From assembly GCA_965287045.1 (NCBI GenBank), contig OZ336877.1:81406001-81470000 (forward strand): a stretch of DNA of 64,000 bases, in the 5' to 3' direction. A program made the position numbers and the translations under genes. The stretch is from Carcharhinus amblyrhynchos (taxonomy: Eukaryota). Positions 1 through 12,033 of this stretch are shown here, piece after piece. The notes beneath the pieces were generated by a model that made no database searches, was not told the DNA's origin, and worked only from the letters and a program-made list of their open reading frames with translations. How positions within the stretch are numbered: the first letter of the stretch is position 1; each line of letters begins with the position of its first letter.

Positions 1-899
1 AATCAGGGTGCACTGTTCTGAAGAGAAAAATTTTAACGTTTTCCAGAACAATAACTCCATATCTTCGGGTTCCCACCTCCTGTATAGTAGGTTTGCAAAT
101 GGCAAAAATGACTAATCTGTAAGAAATAAAAACTTCTCTAAATTAGCTATCTATAGTGCTCATCTGTCAAATAAGATTAATGGAAAATGGCGGCCATAAG
201 AATAACAATCTTTCCCATGAACACTGTGCCATGCAAAAACAGAAAACTGCTCTGTGATACATGTTTGCTTTTTCATTGCAATCTGTATTTGCTACCTTTT
301 TTAAGCTCTTCATTCAGCTGAAAATTGCACGTTTTCCACACTGAAAGCTGTACCATTGTATTGTGGTACACAACAATCCAATACAGTTTATATGCCAGTT
401 ATATTTGCTTAATTAAAAAGTAAGGTGACGAGAATGCAGCATGCAGATTTTATTATTTAAATATTACCGTATAAAAATCAAAAACCTTAAATCTGCAAAC
501 ATTTTATGCCAATGTTTTTCCATTATTAATTCCTGAGTCAAAAGTATTAATGTGAAATGCCTGGGTATACTTGTCACACTGTAATTACTATGTTCCACCA
601 GGTGAGGCATTGCATTGGCCTCATTGGTGGAATTATACTGTGGCACCATAGTGCAGCTCCAGCAACTTCCATATCAAGGAGACTTGTAAATTCAATGCAG
701 CCTGCCAAAACTGGACACTCAAGTGACTGATATTTGAAAATGCTGTAAAGGAGCACAGATCTAATCACAGGCTACTTCTTCTTTGCATTTCTTGCTGATC
801 GGCTTGCTAATGAGCCATTCAGCAGCATATCAGACGGAAACTAGTCTGTGATTGAATAAGCAGGAATGAGTGGGAAAGTAAGTATTGAAGGTAGGTTTC

Positions 900-1108
900 T
901 GGGCCTGGAGTATGAGGCAGTTGGAGCATCGGTGCAAGTACCAGGCACTGTAGCTGGAGCAGAGTTTTGAGGCCCAGGCAAGGTAGTAGCAGTGACAGTA
1001 TGGGGGCCCAGGTATAGTGGTTGGAGCAATGTGCAGGGCCCAGGCTAGGCAGCTGGAATGGAGGTGAAGGGTCCAAGTGAGACAGCTGGAACAGCAATGC
1101 AGGGCCTA
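900..1108. repeat. Degenerate ~32-34 bp tandem repeat, about 6 units
   Basis: Recurring units such as CCCAGGtatagtggtTGGAGCaatgtgcaGGG and CCCAGGctaggcagcTGGAAtggaggtgaaGGG. Confidence 0.55.
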
Positions 1109-1109
1109 C

Positions 1110-1280
1110 TAATATCCTTTATGGAAGGAAATCTGCCGTTAATATCTGATCTGGCCTACATACGACTCCAGATCTACAGCAATGTGGTTGACTCTTAACT
1201 GAAATGGAGGAATAGAGATGGGCAATAAATACTAGTCCAGCCACTAACATCCACATTCCATAAATGATTTAAAGAAAAAA
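1110..1280 (+). mobile_element. 3' half of an old tRNA-derived SINE whose tail matches the second, older CR1-clade LINE family in the window
   Basis: GGAAGGAAATCTGCC...GACTCCAGATCTACAGCAATGTGGTTGACTCTTAACTG, then tail GATGGGCAATAAAT...; homologous to 11487-11790 and 63330-63501. Confidence 0.7.
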
Positions 1281-1365
1281 TTTCTTCAAAATGGTCCTAT
1301 AGTGGTACCTGTAGTCTTGAGGCAGTGCAGATGTGTGATGAACCCCTGTCTGAGTACACCCCTGC

Positions 1366-2137
1366 TTGGAAAAGTGTGAGGTGATTCACTTTGGAAGGAG
1401 TAACAGGATTACAGAGTATTGGGCTAATGGAAAGACTCTTGATAGTGTGGATGAGCAGAGAGATCTCGGTGAACATGTGCATAGATCCCTGAAAGTTGGC
1501 ACCCAGGTTGATAAGGTTGTTAAGAAGGCATACAGTCTGTTAGCTTTTACTGGAAGAGGGATTGAATTTCGGAGCCATGAGAACATGTTGCAGCTGTACA
1601 AAACTCTGGTGCAGCTGCACTTGGAGTATTGCGTACAGTTCTGGTCGCCGCATTATAAGAAAGATGTGGAAGCATTGGAAAGGGTGCAGAAGAGGTTTAC
1701 CAGGATGTTGCCTGGTATGGTGGGAAGGTCGTATGAGGAAAGGCTGTGGGACTTGAGGTTGTTTTTGTTAGAGAGAAGAAGGTTAAGAGGTGACCTAATT
1801 GAGGCATACAAGATGATCAGAGGATTAGATAGGGTGGACAGTGAGAGCCTTTTTCCTCAGATGGTGATGGCTAACACGAGGGGATATAGCTTTAAATTGA
1901 GGGGTGATAAATATAGGACAGATGTCAGAGGTAGGTTCTTTACTCAGAGGGTAGTAAGGGCGTGGAATGCCCTGCCTGCAGCAGTTGCGGACTCGCCAAC
2001 TTTAAAAGCGTTCACATGGTCATTGGATAGGCATATGGATAATATTGGAATAGTTTAGGTTAGAGGGTCATTAGATTGGTTCCACTGGTCGGCGCAACAT
2101 CGAGGGCTGAAGGGCCTGTAATGTTCTATGTTCTATG
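1366..2137 (+). mobile_element. 5'-truncated CR1/HER1-type LINE (RT C-terminus and 3' tail)
   Basis: ORF 1366-2058 has KCEVIHFG, RDLG, HLEYCVQFWSP and FFTQRVV..WNALP; ends in GTTCTAT repeats. Same subfamily as 22313-25481. Confidence 0.95.
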
Positions 2138-2751
2138 GATGGAATTTCACATTGGTCTCAAGTTCCAAACACCCTGTGAGAGTCAGAACCCCACAGCTCG
2201 AGCCATCATGCGGAGATGTCCTCTGTGTCCTTTCACATGGCATGGAGGGGCTTCCTGTCTGGGCTACTGCTGCACATCCTTCACTTCCTTGCCCTTGCCA
2301 ATGGCCCAGACCTAGTTACCATCCAGTGGCAGAAGTCCCTAGTGGAGCTGGCACCCACAATCATGGCTTCAGTCTCTTAGGCAGGGTTGGTGATCTTGCT
2401 TGCTGCATGTCTGCCTGATCATGGGTAGAGGGTTTCCCACCTCTGCTTGACCCCATTGAGAAGTTTGCAGTCAAGTTTCCCTTGTAAACCATGGTGCAGT
2501 CTCCCTGGAAGCCATTCCCCAACTGGTCTAGGGCAAGCACTGGGGAGGTGTTTAAAAAGATAACCACACTGATTAAGGAGATTAATCTTTCCCAGGGCAA
2601 GCCACCACAAGCGCAGTGTGATTCATGTGGAGAAAAAAACATTTGATGTTTAATATGCAATGAGTTTTCCTGCCATCAGTGTCAATGGGACTCTCGCTGT
2701 TTTCTCATTGGAACTGACACTTTGAAAACCTTTGGTAAGATTCTGTCCACA

Positions 2752-3060
2752 GTGTGAGGGGGTGGGGCGAGAGTATGATGGAGTGGGAAAGAGAGAGTAT
2801 GAGGGAATGGGGAGGTGAGAGGATGTGAAAGAGAGAGCATGAAGCGTAGAGAGTGAGTGTGAGGGAATGATGAAAGAGGCAGTGTGGGGGAATGGGAGAG
2901 AGAGTGTGAAGGGAGAAGAGAGAGATAATGGGGAAGGAAGAATGGGAGTGAGAGAGTGCAAGAGGAGAGATTATGTGCATTGAGAGCATGCGAGTGAGAG
3001 AGATGGGGGGGGGAGTGTGTGGGGGCAAGTTTTGGTTGAGGTGGTGCAAGAGAGAGCATG
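2752..3060. repeat. Purine-rich (GA/GT) low-complexity tract
   Basis: About 300 bp of GAGAGAGT/GGGAATG-type sequence. It explains the S/L/P/H-rich spurious minus-strand ORFs. Confidence 0.85.
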
Positions 3061-3142
3061 ATTCACATTACCTCCTTAGCTGTGATGGCCTGAGACTGTG
3101 AGACACAACATGTTGCTTGTGTTCCCTGCTGGCACCTTTTAT

Positions 3143-4240
3143 GGAATTTATAGCACAAAACCAGGCCATCTATGTTGGTGTTTGTGCTCCACACAAATCT
3201 CCTCCCACCTTTCTTAATTACACTATCAGGACAACTTTCAGCTCCTTTCTTCCTTGTGTGTTTATCAACTCAACTTCCTTAATGTACCTATACTAGAATC
3301 ATAGAATGATTACAGCACAGGAGGAGGTCATTCAACACACTGTCATTGTGTCAGTTCTCTACAACAATAACTCAGCTAGTTCCACTCCTTAACCTTTTCC
3401 CTGTAGCCTAGTAAAATATTTTCTCTTCAGATAGTTATCCAGCTCCCTTCTGAAAACTGCCATTGGGTTTCCAGACCCAAAACGCTGGGTCTGGAATGTT
3501 CAGTCAGTGCATTCCAGACCCAAACCATTTGTTGCATAAAAGGATTTTCTTCATGTCACTGCTGGTTCTTTTGTTAATCCTCTTAGGGTTATTAACCTTT
3601 TGCAGGAGGGAACAGTTTCTTCCCACTTAAGCTGTCTGGACCCCTCACGATTCTCAACACATCTAACAAATCTCCTTCCAGCCTTCTCTTCTCCAAGAAC
3701 AATAGCCCCATCTCCATCAATCTAATCACATAACTGAAGTCTCTGATCCTCAGAATCTTCCTTGTAAATCTTTTCTGCTACCTTTTTAAAACTTCACATC
3801 CTTCCCTTGAGGCTGAAACAATAGTTTATCAAAGTTCATAACTAACTTTTGTACTCTGTTCCCCTGTGTATAAAACACAGTATTCAGTATATTTTATTAC
3901 TTGCTTTCTCAACTGTCTGGTCACCTTCAATGATTTATGCGCATGTACGCCCAGATTCCTCTGTTCCTACATTTGTTTTAGAATTGCACCCTTTATTTTA
4001 TGTCACCTCTTCTCGTTCTTCTGACCAAAATGTACTACTTCACACTCGTCTGCATTAAATTTCAATTGCCACAAATCTGCCCATTCCACCTCTGTATGCT
4101 CTTGAAGTCTATCGCAATCCACCTCACAGTTCATAATACTTCCAAGTCTTACATCATCTTCAAAACTTGAAATTATGCCCTGTACGCTCAGGTTTAGAAT
4201 AGAAATATATAAATCAACAAAAAATAGTGACCCCTTCATC
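3143..4240 (-). mobile_element. Old degraded CR1 LINE fragments
   Basis: TAGAATCATAGAAT tail near 3295. ORF 4003-4272 has FEDDVRL..LQEH..WADLWQLKFNADECEVVHFG (degenerate FADD motif). Confidence 0.8.
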
Positions 4241-4748
4241 CCCAGTCTGAAATAAGTTTTTTTGTAATTCATGTTTTTAATAGTATTGAATCAAATAATT
4301 AATAAACTGTTGCATAATGAAGGTTTAACTAGGTTAAAGACAAATGTTTCAAAATACCACAAGGTTGGAAATAAATGCTTATTTGCACCAACATTTTTCA
4401 CTGACATTTGGCGACAAAAGGGATTAATACATAGAACAACATAATAGTAGGTTTAGAAATAATATAGCCAACACATTTTCTTAGAGCCCCTGTACCTCAA
4501 AATTTCCCACTACACAACTGCTGTGATGTATTTACAAATTGGCATTTTCCCATGACGAATGTAAACATCTGAATTTATATTGGGACCATTAAAAGGAGGA
4601 TTCAGTTAGATACTTTCACACTGGTCTAATTATCCTTGCTCTGATTTCTGTCACCTAAAGACTGCTCCAGGTTTTAACTTTCCTGTGTAGTGCCATGGAA
4701 GATCGACTCCTATATGAAATAGACGCGAGGAATAAAATCAATACTAGT

Positions 4749-4758
4749 TGATTGACAG
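4749..4758 (+). promoter_or_regulatory. PBX-MEIS/PKNOX-type decamer TGATTGACAG
   Basis: Exact consensus match in TE-free DNA about 1 kb upstream of the CpG-rich block. Function is inferred. Confidence 0.35.
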
Positions 4759-5639
4759 CACTTTCATGAGTGCTAATACTTTAACTCAGTCTCTCCAGTC
4801 ATAAAGCTACACAAACAGTACCTTTATCCGTTTCTATGATCAGAGTACTTATTTCCTACAAAGAGTAAAGCAACTTTTACTTATTGTACGCCTGGGCCAT
4901 TAAAATACACCGAGGATAGCTCAGTAAGCATTTTTATGATCAATCGCCCAAAAGTGCATGGATCTGGAGAAAGTAGGAAATGCGCCAAAGGAGGGAGCAC
5001 ATTAAAAGATTGGGGAAGATTATGTCCAACCTGATCGGTTTATACATTTATATCAATCTGTACAAAGCATTCTTCATAATATTAAAGCTGAGATTGTGCG
5101 TGTGTGTGAGAGAGAGAAAACCAAAGTCAGAATATAGGTGTGCATCTGTTAGACAGGAAAGATGGTGAGAATCATGTTATTGCTGCCATGTCCGGAATTT
5201 AATGAATTCGTTGTTTCTTTTTTCAAGAACTGTAGAGGGAAACTGCTGAAATCAGTGTTATTCTAACCTCCTCTCTGATACTTTCATATTCTTTGAAATT
5301 GCGCATTTATGTGCTGCTGTGTGTGTATCTGTTACGATGCTGTTTCAAAGGTAGGTCGAATTCTCAATAGTTTGAATTGTATTTTCTTGTAACAAAACTG
5401 CTAAATCGGGGGCTTTGAAAGTTTTCTTTGATTTGCAGTGAAAGCTGCCCGGAATTATGTATTCATGTTAATACCCACGAGGTTCATTTCTTTGGCGTAA
5501 GCATTTCTGTAGCTGTGTGCAGATGCTGCTGGCTGGAGACCACCAGAAATGTGCAATAAGGGTGGGGAGTGTGTATTTAACACATATGTGTGTATTTAAC
5601 TTACTTACAAATGAAACAAAAAAAGACATCAATCAAAAG

Positions 5640-6600
5640 AGACCAAAAAAAAAATCACGGCGAGGTTCGGATTGCTGTAAATCCGTGCACACACACATAC
5701 ACACACACCAGTCAGAGAGACAGAGAGAGAGATGTCATCCAGCATTTGCCCATCACATCGCGATTGTTCCCACGTAGAGGCAAAGCTGGCAGGAAATATT
5801 TCAGATTAAAACCGAATGAATATGCCACTCGCAAATAAGATCTCTCCGAGAAAGAGAGAGAGAAAAAATAATGTGTGTGACAGATTTATAATGCTCTCTG
5901 GGCATCTGAGTATCTAAAAAAAAACATTTCCAGTTGTGTGAAATCTCCGGCTGGACGGTCCATCGGAAATGATTCCAGCAGGTAGAAAAGAGAGTGGCAG
6001 CATCTCTGTACGAGAGAGAGAGAGAATCCCCCTCCTCCTCTATTAACCCTCTATTTCCCTGGACTGTCAGCCAGCCGGCTCCCTCCTCCTCCTCCCTATT
6101 TATTAACCCCTCTATTTCTCTGGATCGCCCGCCAGCCGACTCCCCCTCCTCTGCCCCCCACACCCCATCATATTAACCCCCCTGTTTCTCCGGACCGGCC
6201 TCCTCCCAGCCCAGCGGACTGCACCATCTGATGGTGAGGGATGCGCAGCAGCTTGGCTTGTTCTCGGGGAGGCGCCGATTGCTGAGTGTGTGTGTGAGAG
6301 AGAGAGAGAGAGCGGGGTGTGGGAAGGGAAGACAAGCGCTCTGACAAGACTGGCTGTGAGGGGATGAGTTGGGCCGAGCTGTGTTGATTATTTTGGGGAG
6401 GGGGTGGTTATTGTGGGGGTAGGTGGGAGGGGGGGGGGGGTGAGGATTTGTCTCTCTCATCCTTTGGGCATTGCTGGGAGCAGGCTCTCTGGATCACGTG
6501 CCTTTGCCTGAGGCTGAGGGCGCTTCATTACTTCTTCCACCGCCATATTACAAACTTCAGTATTTTTCCTCTCTTGAATTTTTCCCGCTCGGTGAGTAGG
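5640..6600 (+). promoter_or_regulatory. CpG-island-like promoter / first-exon region of an unidentified gene
   Basis: Dense CpGs in an otherwise CpG-poor window, GA/CA microsatellites and G-runs, inside a ~4.8 kb TE-free block. + strand donors ATG|GTGAGG (6234) and TCG|GTGAGT (6592). Confidence 0.65.
6028..6210. repeat. Three-copy ~60-70 bp degenerate repeat within the promoter region
   Basis: Core TATTAACCC(C)YCTRTTTCYCYGGA begins at 6041, 6101 and 6171, each preceded by a C-rich run. Confidence 0.8.
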
Positions 6601-9109
6601 TTTTTTTTTCTATCTGGATTTTTTCAGTGCTTTCTCTCTCTTTTTTTTGGTAATTTTCAACTACTTTTTTAATTAAAAAAAAAACAAGAAATTGAGCCTA
6701 TACGAAGCATGGTTGATAAATTCTATTTTGCAGAATAAGTTCTTGCATGCTGTATAGTGGTAAGTCATTGACGGCTTTGGCAAAAGGAACTGTGTATATT
6801 TTGTATATTTTTTTGTTACTGTTGCCAGCCCCAAAAAAAAGCAAAAAATATTTTTTAACACGCATGCATATATAGCCGTAGTTTTTTTTTCTCTACAACA
6901 CAAATTACAAATTTTAAAAGAAATGCTCTCTCATTCTATTTGCAAAGCTTTATTTGGTGTGTATTTTTCTATACCGGTATTGACACACATCTGTGTGCTT
7001 CGCTTGGTTGAGCTGAAGTGACAAGCTACCAACAAGCACGACCCTGGAACAAGTTCTCGTTGTCAATAACAACCAAAGTGTTTTGCAGACTTTTCCACCT
7101 TTTTTTAACGGGAAACTTTTCTTGCAGCTTGTTGCTTTTCTTTTTCTTGAGAAGTCATTTTCCTACATGTATACCTATTTCAGATGGTTGTGTTTTTTCA
7201 AAAAAAAAGACAAATCCGCTATCCAGTTGTTGAAAACTTTTTAATCTTTAAAACGATCCGCCCCCCCCAAAAAAAAACAAAGTTGTGGATGGCAGTGGAA
7301 GTTCTTGAGGGGAAAATGAAGTGTGTTATTGGTTATATTGTTCGCAGAAGGCACAACGACACTTCAGCACAGGTATTTACTTCAGGGCCAATATGATGTA
7401 ACCTAATCATTGTCATCAGAAAAGCTGGGAATAAAATATTGATGATAAAGTCAATAACGTGTGTTTTTATTTAATGCTTTCCCTCAGTGGCTAGTCTGCC
7501 TTAACAGGTCAATTTGCACTGTAAAGGCTGTGTCACGTTATTTCTGAACTGCCTGCTTTCACTGGGACCCTTGTTTTGCGTTTTCATTCAATTGTGTGAA
7601 TGGGGAACGGGTGAGATGCTTCCCACTGAAGAGCTTCGGGGAGCTGTGAGGGGGAGGCAGTGCATCATGTTTCTAACAGTGCTACCACAATGTAAGTAAC
7701 TGTACTCTGATGCTCGATACGACAGCCGTACATTGCCGTAGTTGACGTTACTTGTATCCTCCATGTGCATTCAGACGGTGCTCGCCACAGCAGTGGAGTT
7801 GCACCTTTCCATTTTAATCATTCTAATTGAAACCGGTTCCGTTTGGTTGGAGCTGGTAAAACAAATGTGTCCGATCTTGAGGAAAACGTATCCATTTGGC
7901 AGCCACTCTTTACCCAGAATTGGATCGTTGTGAAGGAATGAGGATATGATCAAGGGATCATGGACTTATCCATGAGGACAAGTCGGTTTGCCAATGCAGA
8001 AGTTTGGAAAGTTCTAGCTAAATTTTAATGTTTTGTAAGCAAAGTGATTGCCGAGCATTGTTCCTCCATGTAACTGATATCTACCAGTGATATCAGTTAC
8101 ATCTTCAGCATCAGGTTTTCAGTGACAAGGCAGGGTTCCTTCCTCCGGTAGGATCTAAGAAACAAAACGTTATAAATATTTGACCCAGTTATATCTATCT
8201 AGAATGAAAATTGGCCAGGGACATTTTTTTTGCAGACACCACAGAAGATTTATTATTACAGGTGTGCTGTGTCATTTTTCTCACCCCTCTGGAAGCTGCT
8301 AGTTCCACTTACCTCTATTTTCGCCGGTAGTGAAGCATTTACACCTCTTGTTCAGTGTACTGCCTGAGCAAGGGAATCAGTTGTCCTAAGATTAGAAAAC
8401 CCAGATTTAGAATATATATATTGCAATAGCTGTAGCAACATTGTGATTAGGTGAAAACTGTGTTTAGATCTCTTTTAAAGATTCTTGTGAAACAGCCAAC
8501 GCATCCTACTCGTTTGAGTTTTAACATTTCTATAAGTAGTTAGAGCATTAGCAGGGGTAATATTATTTTTGAATCAGTCAATGAAATTTGGCTTTTGCAG
8601 AATGTGACTTCTTTTTGAAGAAAACATGTAACATTATTGTTGCATTTGCAATTGATGTGAAGGTGGCTGAGAGTAGTTAGTATATAATACATCAATATGT
8701 TGTCAAATCATTACTCTTATAGTGTATTGATGCTGCTGAATGTTTCCTCACTACAGCATTAAGTCACATTTTGGCAATTTGTAAAATGCCACCCATTTCA
8801 AACCTGTGGATGGAATATAGATATATATATATGCCATAGTAACACCACACCAAAACAAATGCCATTTTCATTTGTCACTTTGCCCAAGTGAATGCTAAAC
8901 AAAGAACAAACCCAGACATTTTCCATGAGGATCAAATGTCAATTGGAAGTTATTGTGTGGTGCTTGCATTAACTGTTAGCACAGCACAGTAAACACAGTG
9001 ATAGACTGTTAAAATGTTAACTACATTAGGGAAGATTTGGTTTTACATTTCCTTTGAAGCTAATCTGATGCTAGTTAAATCTTATAACTTACCTTTATTT
9101 CTTCCCTTA

Positions 9110-9270
9110 GAAATACCATAAATTAACTGGATGAACATTTGGCACGTTATAACATTCAAGGCTATGGGCCAAATGCTGGTAAATGGAATTAGGTGGGAGG
9201 CCAGGTGCTTCTCGTATTGGTGCAGACTCGACCAGCTGAAGGGTCTTATCTGCACTATGATTCTTACATG
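9110..9270 (+). mobile_element. CR1 LINE 3' tail fragment
   Basis: CAAGGCTATGGGCCAAATGCTGGTAAATGGAATTAG...GGTGCAGACTCG...GAAGGG, a typical CR1/HER1 end. Confidence 0.75.
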
Positions 9271-9399
9271 AATTATATTTCCAGTCATGTAATTTTAGTG
9301 AGTAATTAACCTAGATGAAGTTTTTTTTCACCCATTTGGATGATATTGCTAACATGTACATATAAATTAATGCATTTTCTTCTTTAAAAACTTTTACTT

Positions 9400-9640
9400 A
9401 AGGGTCTAAATGAGATCGGGATCGAGAATGAAAAAGTGCAGATTTAAAGTAGTTGGTAAAAGAAGCAAAAGAGAAATGAGCAAAAACTTTTTCATGCAAT
9501 GAGTGGCTAAGGTCTGGAATGTACTGCCTGAGTGTGATGGAGGCAAATTCCATTCAAAAGGGAATTTATGTTGTGTTTCTTTTTTAAAAAAAAAAGTGTG
9601 CACGGTTATAGTGAGCAAACAGAAGGGTGCTGATTCAATG
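9400..9640 (+). mobile_element. Old CR1 LINE RT C-terminal fragment
   Basis: Degenerate FKVVGKRSKREMSKNFFMQ-VAKVWNVLPE motif. Confidence 0.65.
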
Positions 9641-9879
9641 AGCAAAGCCAAATTTAACATTAAAATTTAATATTTTAACATAACATTTGTATAATTGTGT
9701 TTACTGATATTCGGAGTACCAATGTGAGAAGAGAGGTACAATGAGGGATAAATCATCCCACTATCCTCCGCAATATTAGATACTTATGAAGATGAATGAG
9801 ACACTAAAACTTAATGAACGAATTAGCATGTCTATAGTCTGCCATTGTGATTAAATAACCAATTAAACAAATAGGCAGA

Positions 9880-10517
9880 CAGGACCTAATCATTTCTCCC
9901 CGACATTCAATGGCATTGCTGTCACCAAATCCCCTACTGTCAACATCTTGGTGATTGCCATTGACCAGATACTTAACTGGACCACAAAGGTACTGTGGCT
10001 GCAAAGAATAGTCCAGACAATAGGAATGCTGTGGCGAATAACTGACTTCCTGTTTCTCCAAACCCTGTCCACCATCTATATGCAAGAAGTCAGGAATGTG
10101 ATGGAATATTCCCCACTTGCCTGAATGAATGTAGCTCCAATGATATCACCCAGCCTTCTCGATTGGTGCCTCTTCAACCATCTTAAGCATTTAATCCATC
10201 CACTCCTGTCACACGATAGCAGCACTGTGTACCATCTACAAAATGCACTGCTAGCAACTCATCAAGGCACCTTCCAAACCTGTGATCACTACCACCCAGA
10301 TCAAGGGCAACAGGTGCAGAGGAGCTTCACCACCTGTAAGTCATATATCATCCTGACTTGAAAATATATTCCCATCTTTTCTCTTGACTTTGAGTCAAAA
10401 AACTTGGTTTCCCTAACAGAAATGTGGGTATATGTATACCACATGGAACTATATCAAGATGGACAATAAATGCTGGCCTTGCTAGAGATGCTGACATCCC
10501 AAGACTGAATAAGAAAC
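9880..10517 (+). mobile_element. Old CR1-clade LINE (second family), 3' end
   Basis: Encodes degenerate STIY..VRNVMEYSPLA; tail ACAATAAATGCTGGCCTTGCTAGAGATGCTGACATCCC. Confidence 0.75.
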
Positions 10518-11486
10518 GCTATTTTGAAGTTTTTGGTATAGTCTTGAGTGGTAAACTTTGAGGCCAAGTTTACTGTTTAGCTAGAATTAAGCTCAAATTG
10601 GAATTCTGGAATTCTTTGATTATACTTGAGCTGCACCATTTGATTATAAACTTATGATACTACATTTTTGGAAGCACGAAGACCATATTTTCACTGACTC
10701 TCTGTGTAGAGACATTAGATGTAAGAAGTATAGGAAAAGACTCTCCTCTCAAATAATTTTTTTCCAAGGTAACTGAGCAGGGCATGAATAAAGCCAAAGA
10801 ATTCACAAGCCAAATAGCTAATATTCATTGGAGCTATTATTGGCTTGGGAGTACCACAAAATGGGTAACAGCCAAAGTTTTCATGTTGGTGAGGAAGAAA
10901 ATTTATTTTTCCCCACTTTACATTACTGCTGAAGACAAATTTTACACTCAACAGTTCAGAATACCAAATGTTTTGTTTTCTTTTTAAGTAAAATTGTTCA
11001 ACAATGAAAGTTCTTGAATTTAGATTTTAAAATTAACATATTTAATCTATTGAACCTGGTTCATCTGCTAGTGAACTATGAAGGGGCTACACTAATTTTT
11101 GGAATGGTCAGAGGAAGCTGTAATAACAAGGATTAAGATTTCAATAAACAAAGTCAAAGGACAACAACCTGTGAATTGTATAGATAACAGGTAACCAGAG
11201 GAAAAGTTGCTACAAAGAGGGCAATGTTCCCAGAGTGTAGGACCAGATTCCAACTTTTGAAGGTAACTGAGGCATATTGAGAACAGAGATAAATGCAAGA
11301 ACGTTTGGAAAACAGCTTGTTTTATCGTGAAAGAACTAATTGTCTCAAGTTGAAATCCTGCATCACTGAATTTACATCTGAATGCAACTGGACATGTGAT
11401 AACATGTGTATCTTACCTGTGTTTATGCATAACTAAAGAGCTTTTGATTCAAATAAACTTCTATTTTATCGTTAGATATGGTAGGT

Positions 11487-11790
11487 GGAGGCAGTGGTGT
11501 AGTGGTATTGTCACTAGTCCAGAGACACATGGCAATGGCTCTGGGGACCTGGGTTCGAACTCCTCCATGGCATTTTGATGAAAATTGAATTCAGTAAAAA
11601 TCTGGAATTAAAAGTCTAATAACAACAATGAAATCATTGTTGATCATTGTAAAAACCATCTGGAAGGAAACTGCCATCCTTATTTGGGCTACATGTGACT
11701 CCAGATCCACAGCAATATGCTTCACTCTTAACTGTCCTCAGAAATGGCCAAATTGCAATTAGGGATGAACAATAATGCAACCTGTGAATT
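11487..11790 (+). mobile_element. Near full-length old tRNA-derived SINE
   Basis: A-box TGGTGTAGTGG, B-box GGTTCGAACTCC, central GTGACTCCAGATCCACAGCAAT, tail GCAATTAGGGATG. Confidence 0.8.
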
Positions 11791-11937
11791 AATTTAATCT
11801 GAATTTTGCTGACAAGATTCAGTGTCTTGATGCCAAAAGGAGGCCACCAGTTGTTTTACTGGGAACAAAATGTCAGATATTGTAAACAGTTATTCTTAAA
11901 CATTTTTAAAATGGAATGGAGCTGGGATCTTGAGTGC

Positions 11938-12033
11938 AAAGTTTATTTTATTTATTAGTGTCACAAGTAGGCTTACATTAACACTGCAATGCAGTTAATG
12001 TGAACCACACTCTGCTACCTGTTTGGGTACACT
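11938..12033 (-). mobile_element. 3' fragment of the V-SINE with Rex1-like tail
   Basis: TTTATTAGTGTCACAAGTAGGCTTACATTAACACTGCAATG matches the tails of 55922-56203 and 57981-58264. Confidence 0.75.

Noticed and set aside
468-742. Possible minus-strand exon between acceptor-like and donor-like sites
   Set aside because: The frames I translated contain stops and give no recognisable peptide.
2650-3059. Three overlapping 100-125 aa minus-strand ORFs
   Set aside because: They arise from the GA-rich low-complexity tract.
5801-6672. Short ORFs across the CpG-rich block
   Set aside because: Their composition reflects microsatellites and C/G runs, with no protein family signal.
11487-11575. tRNA-like sequences at SINE heads
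   Set aside because: They run straight into SINE bodies and do not form complete cloverleafs, so they are not tRNA genes.
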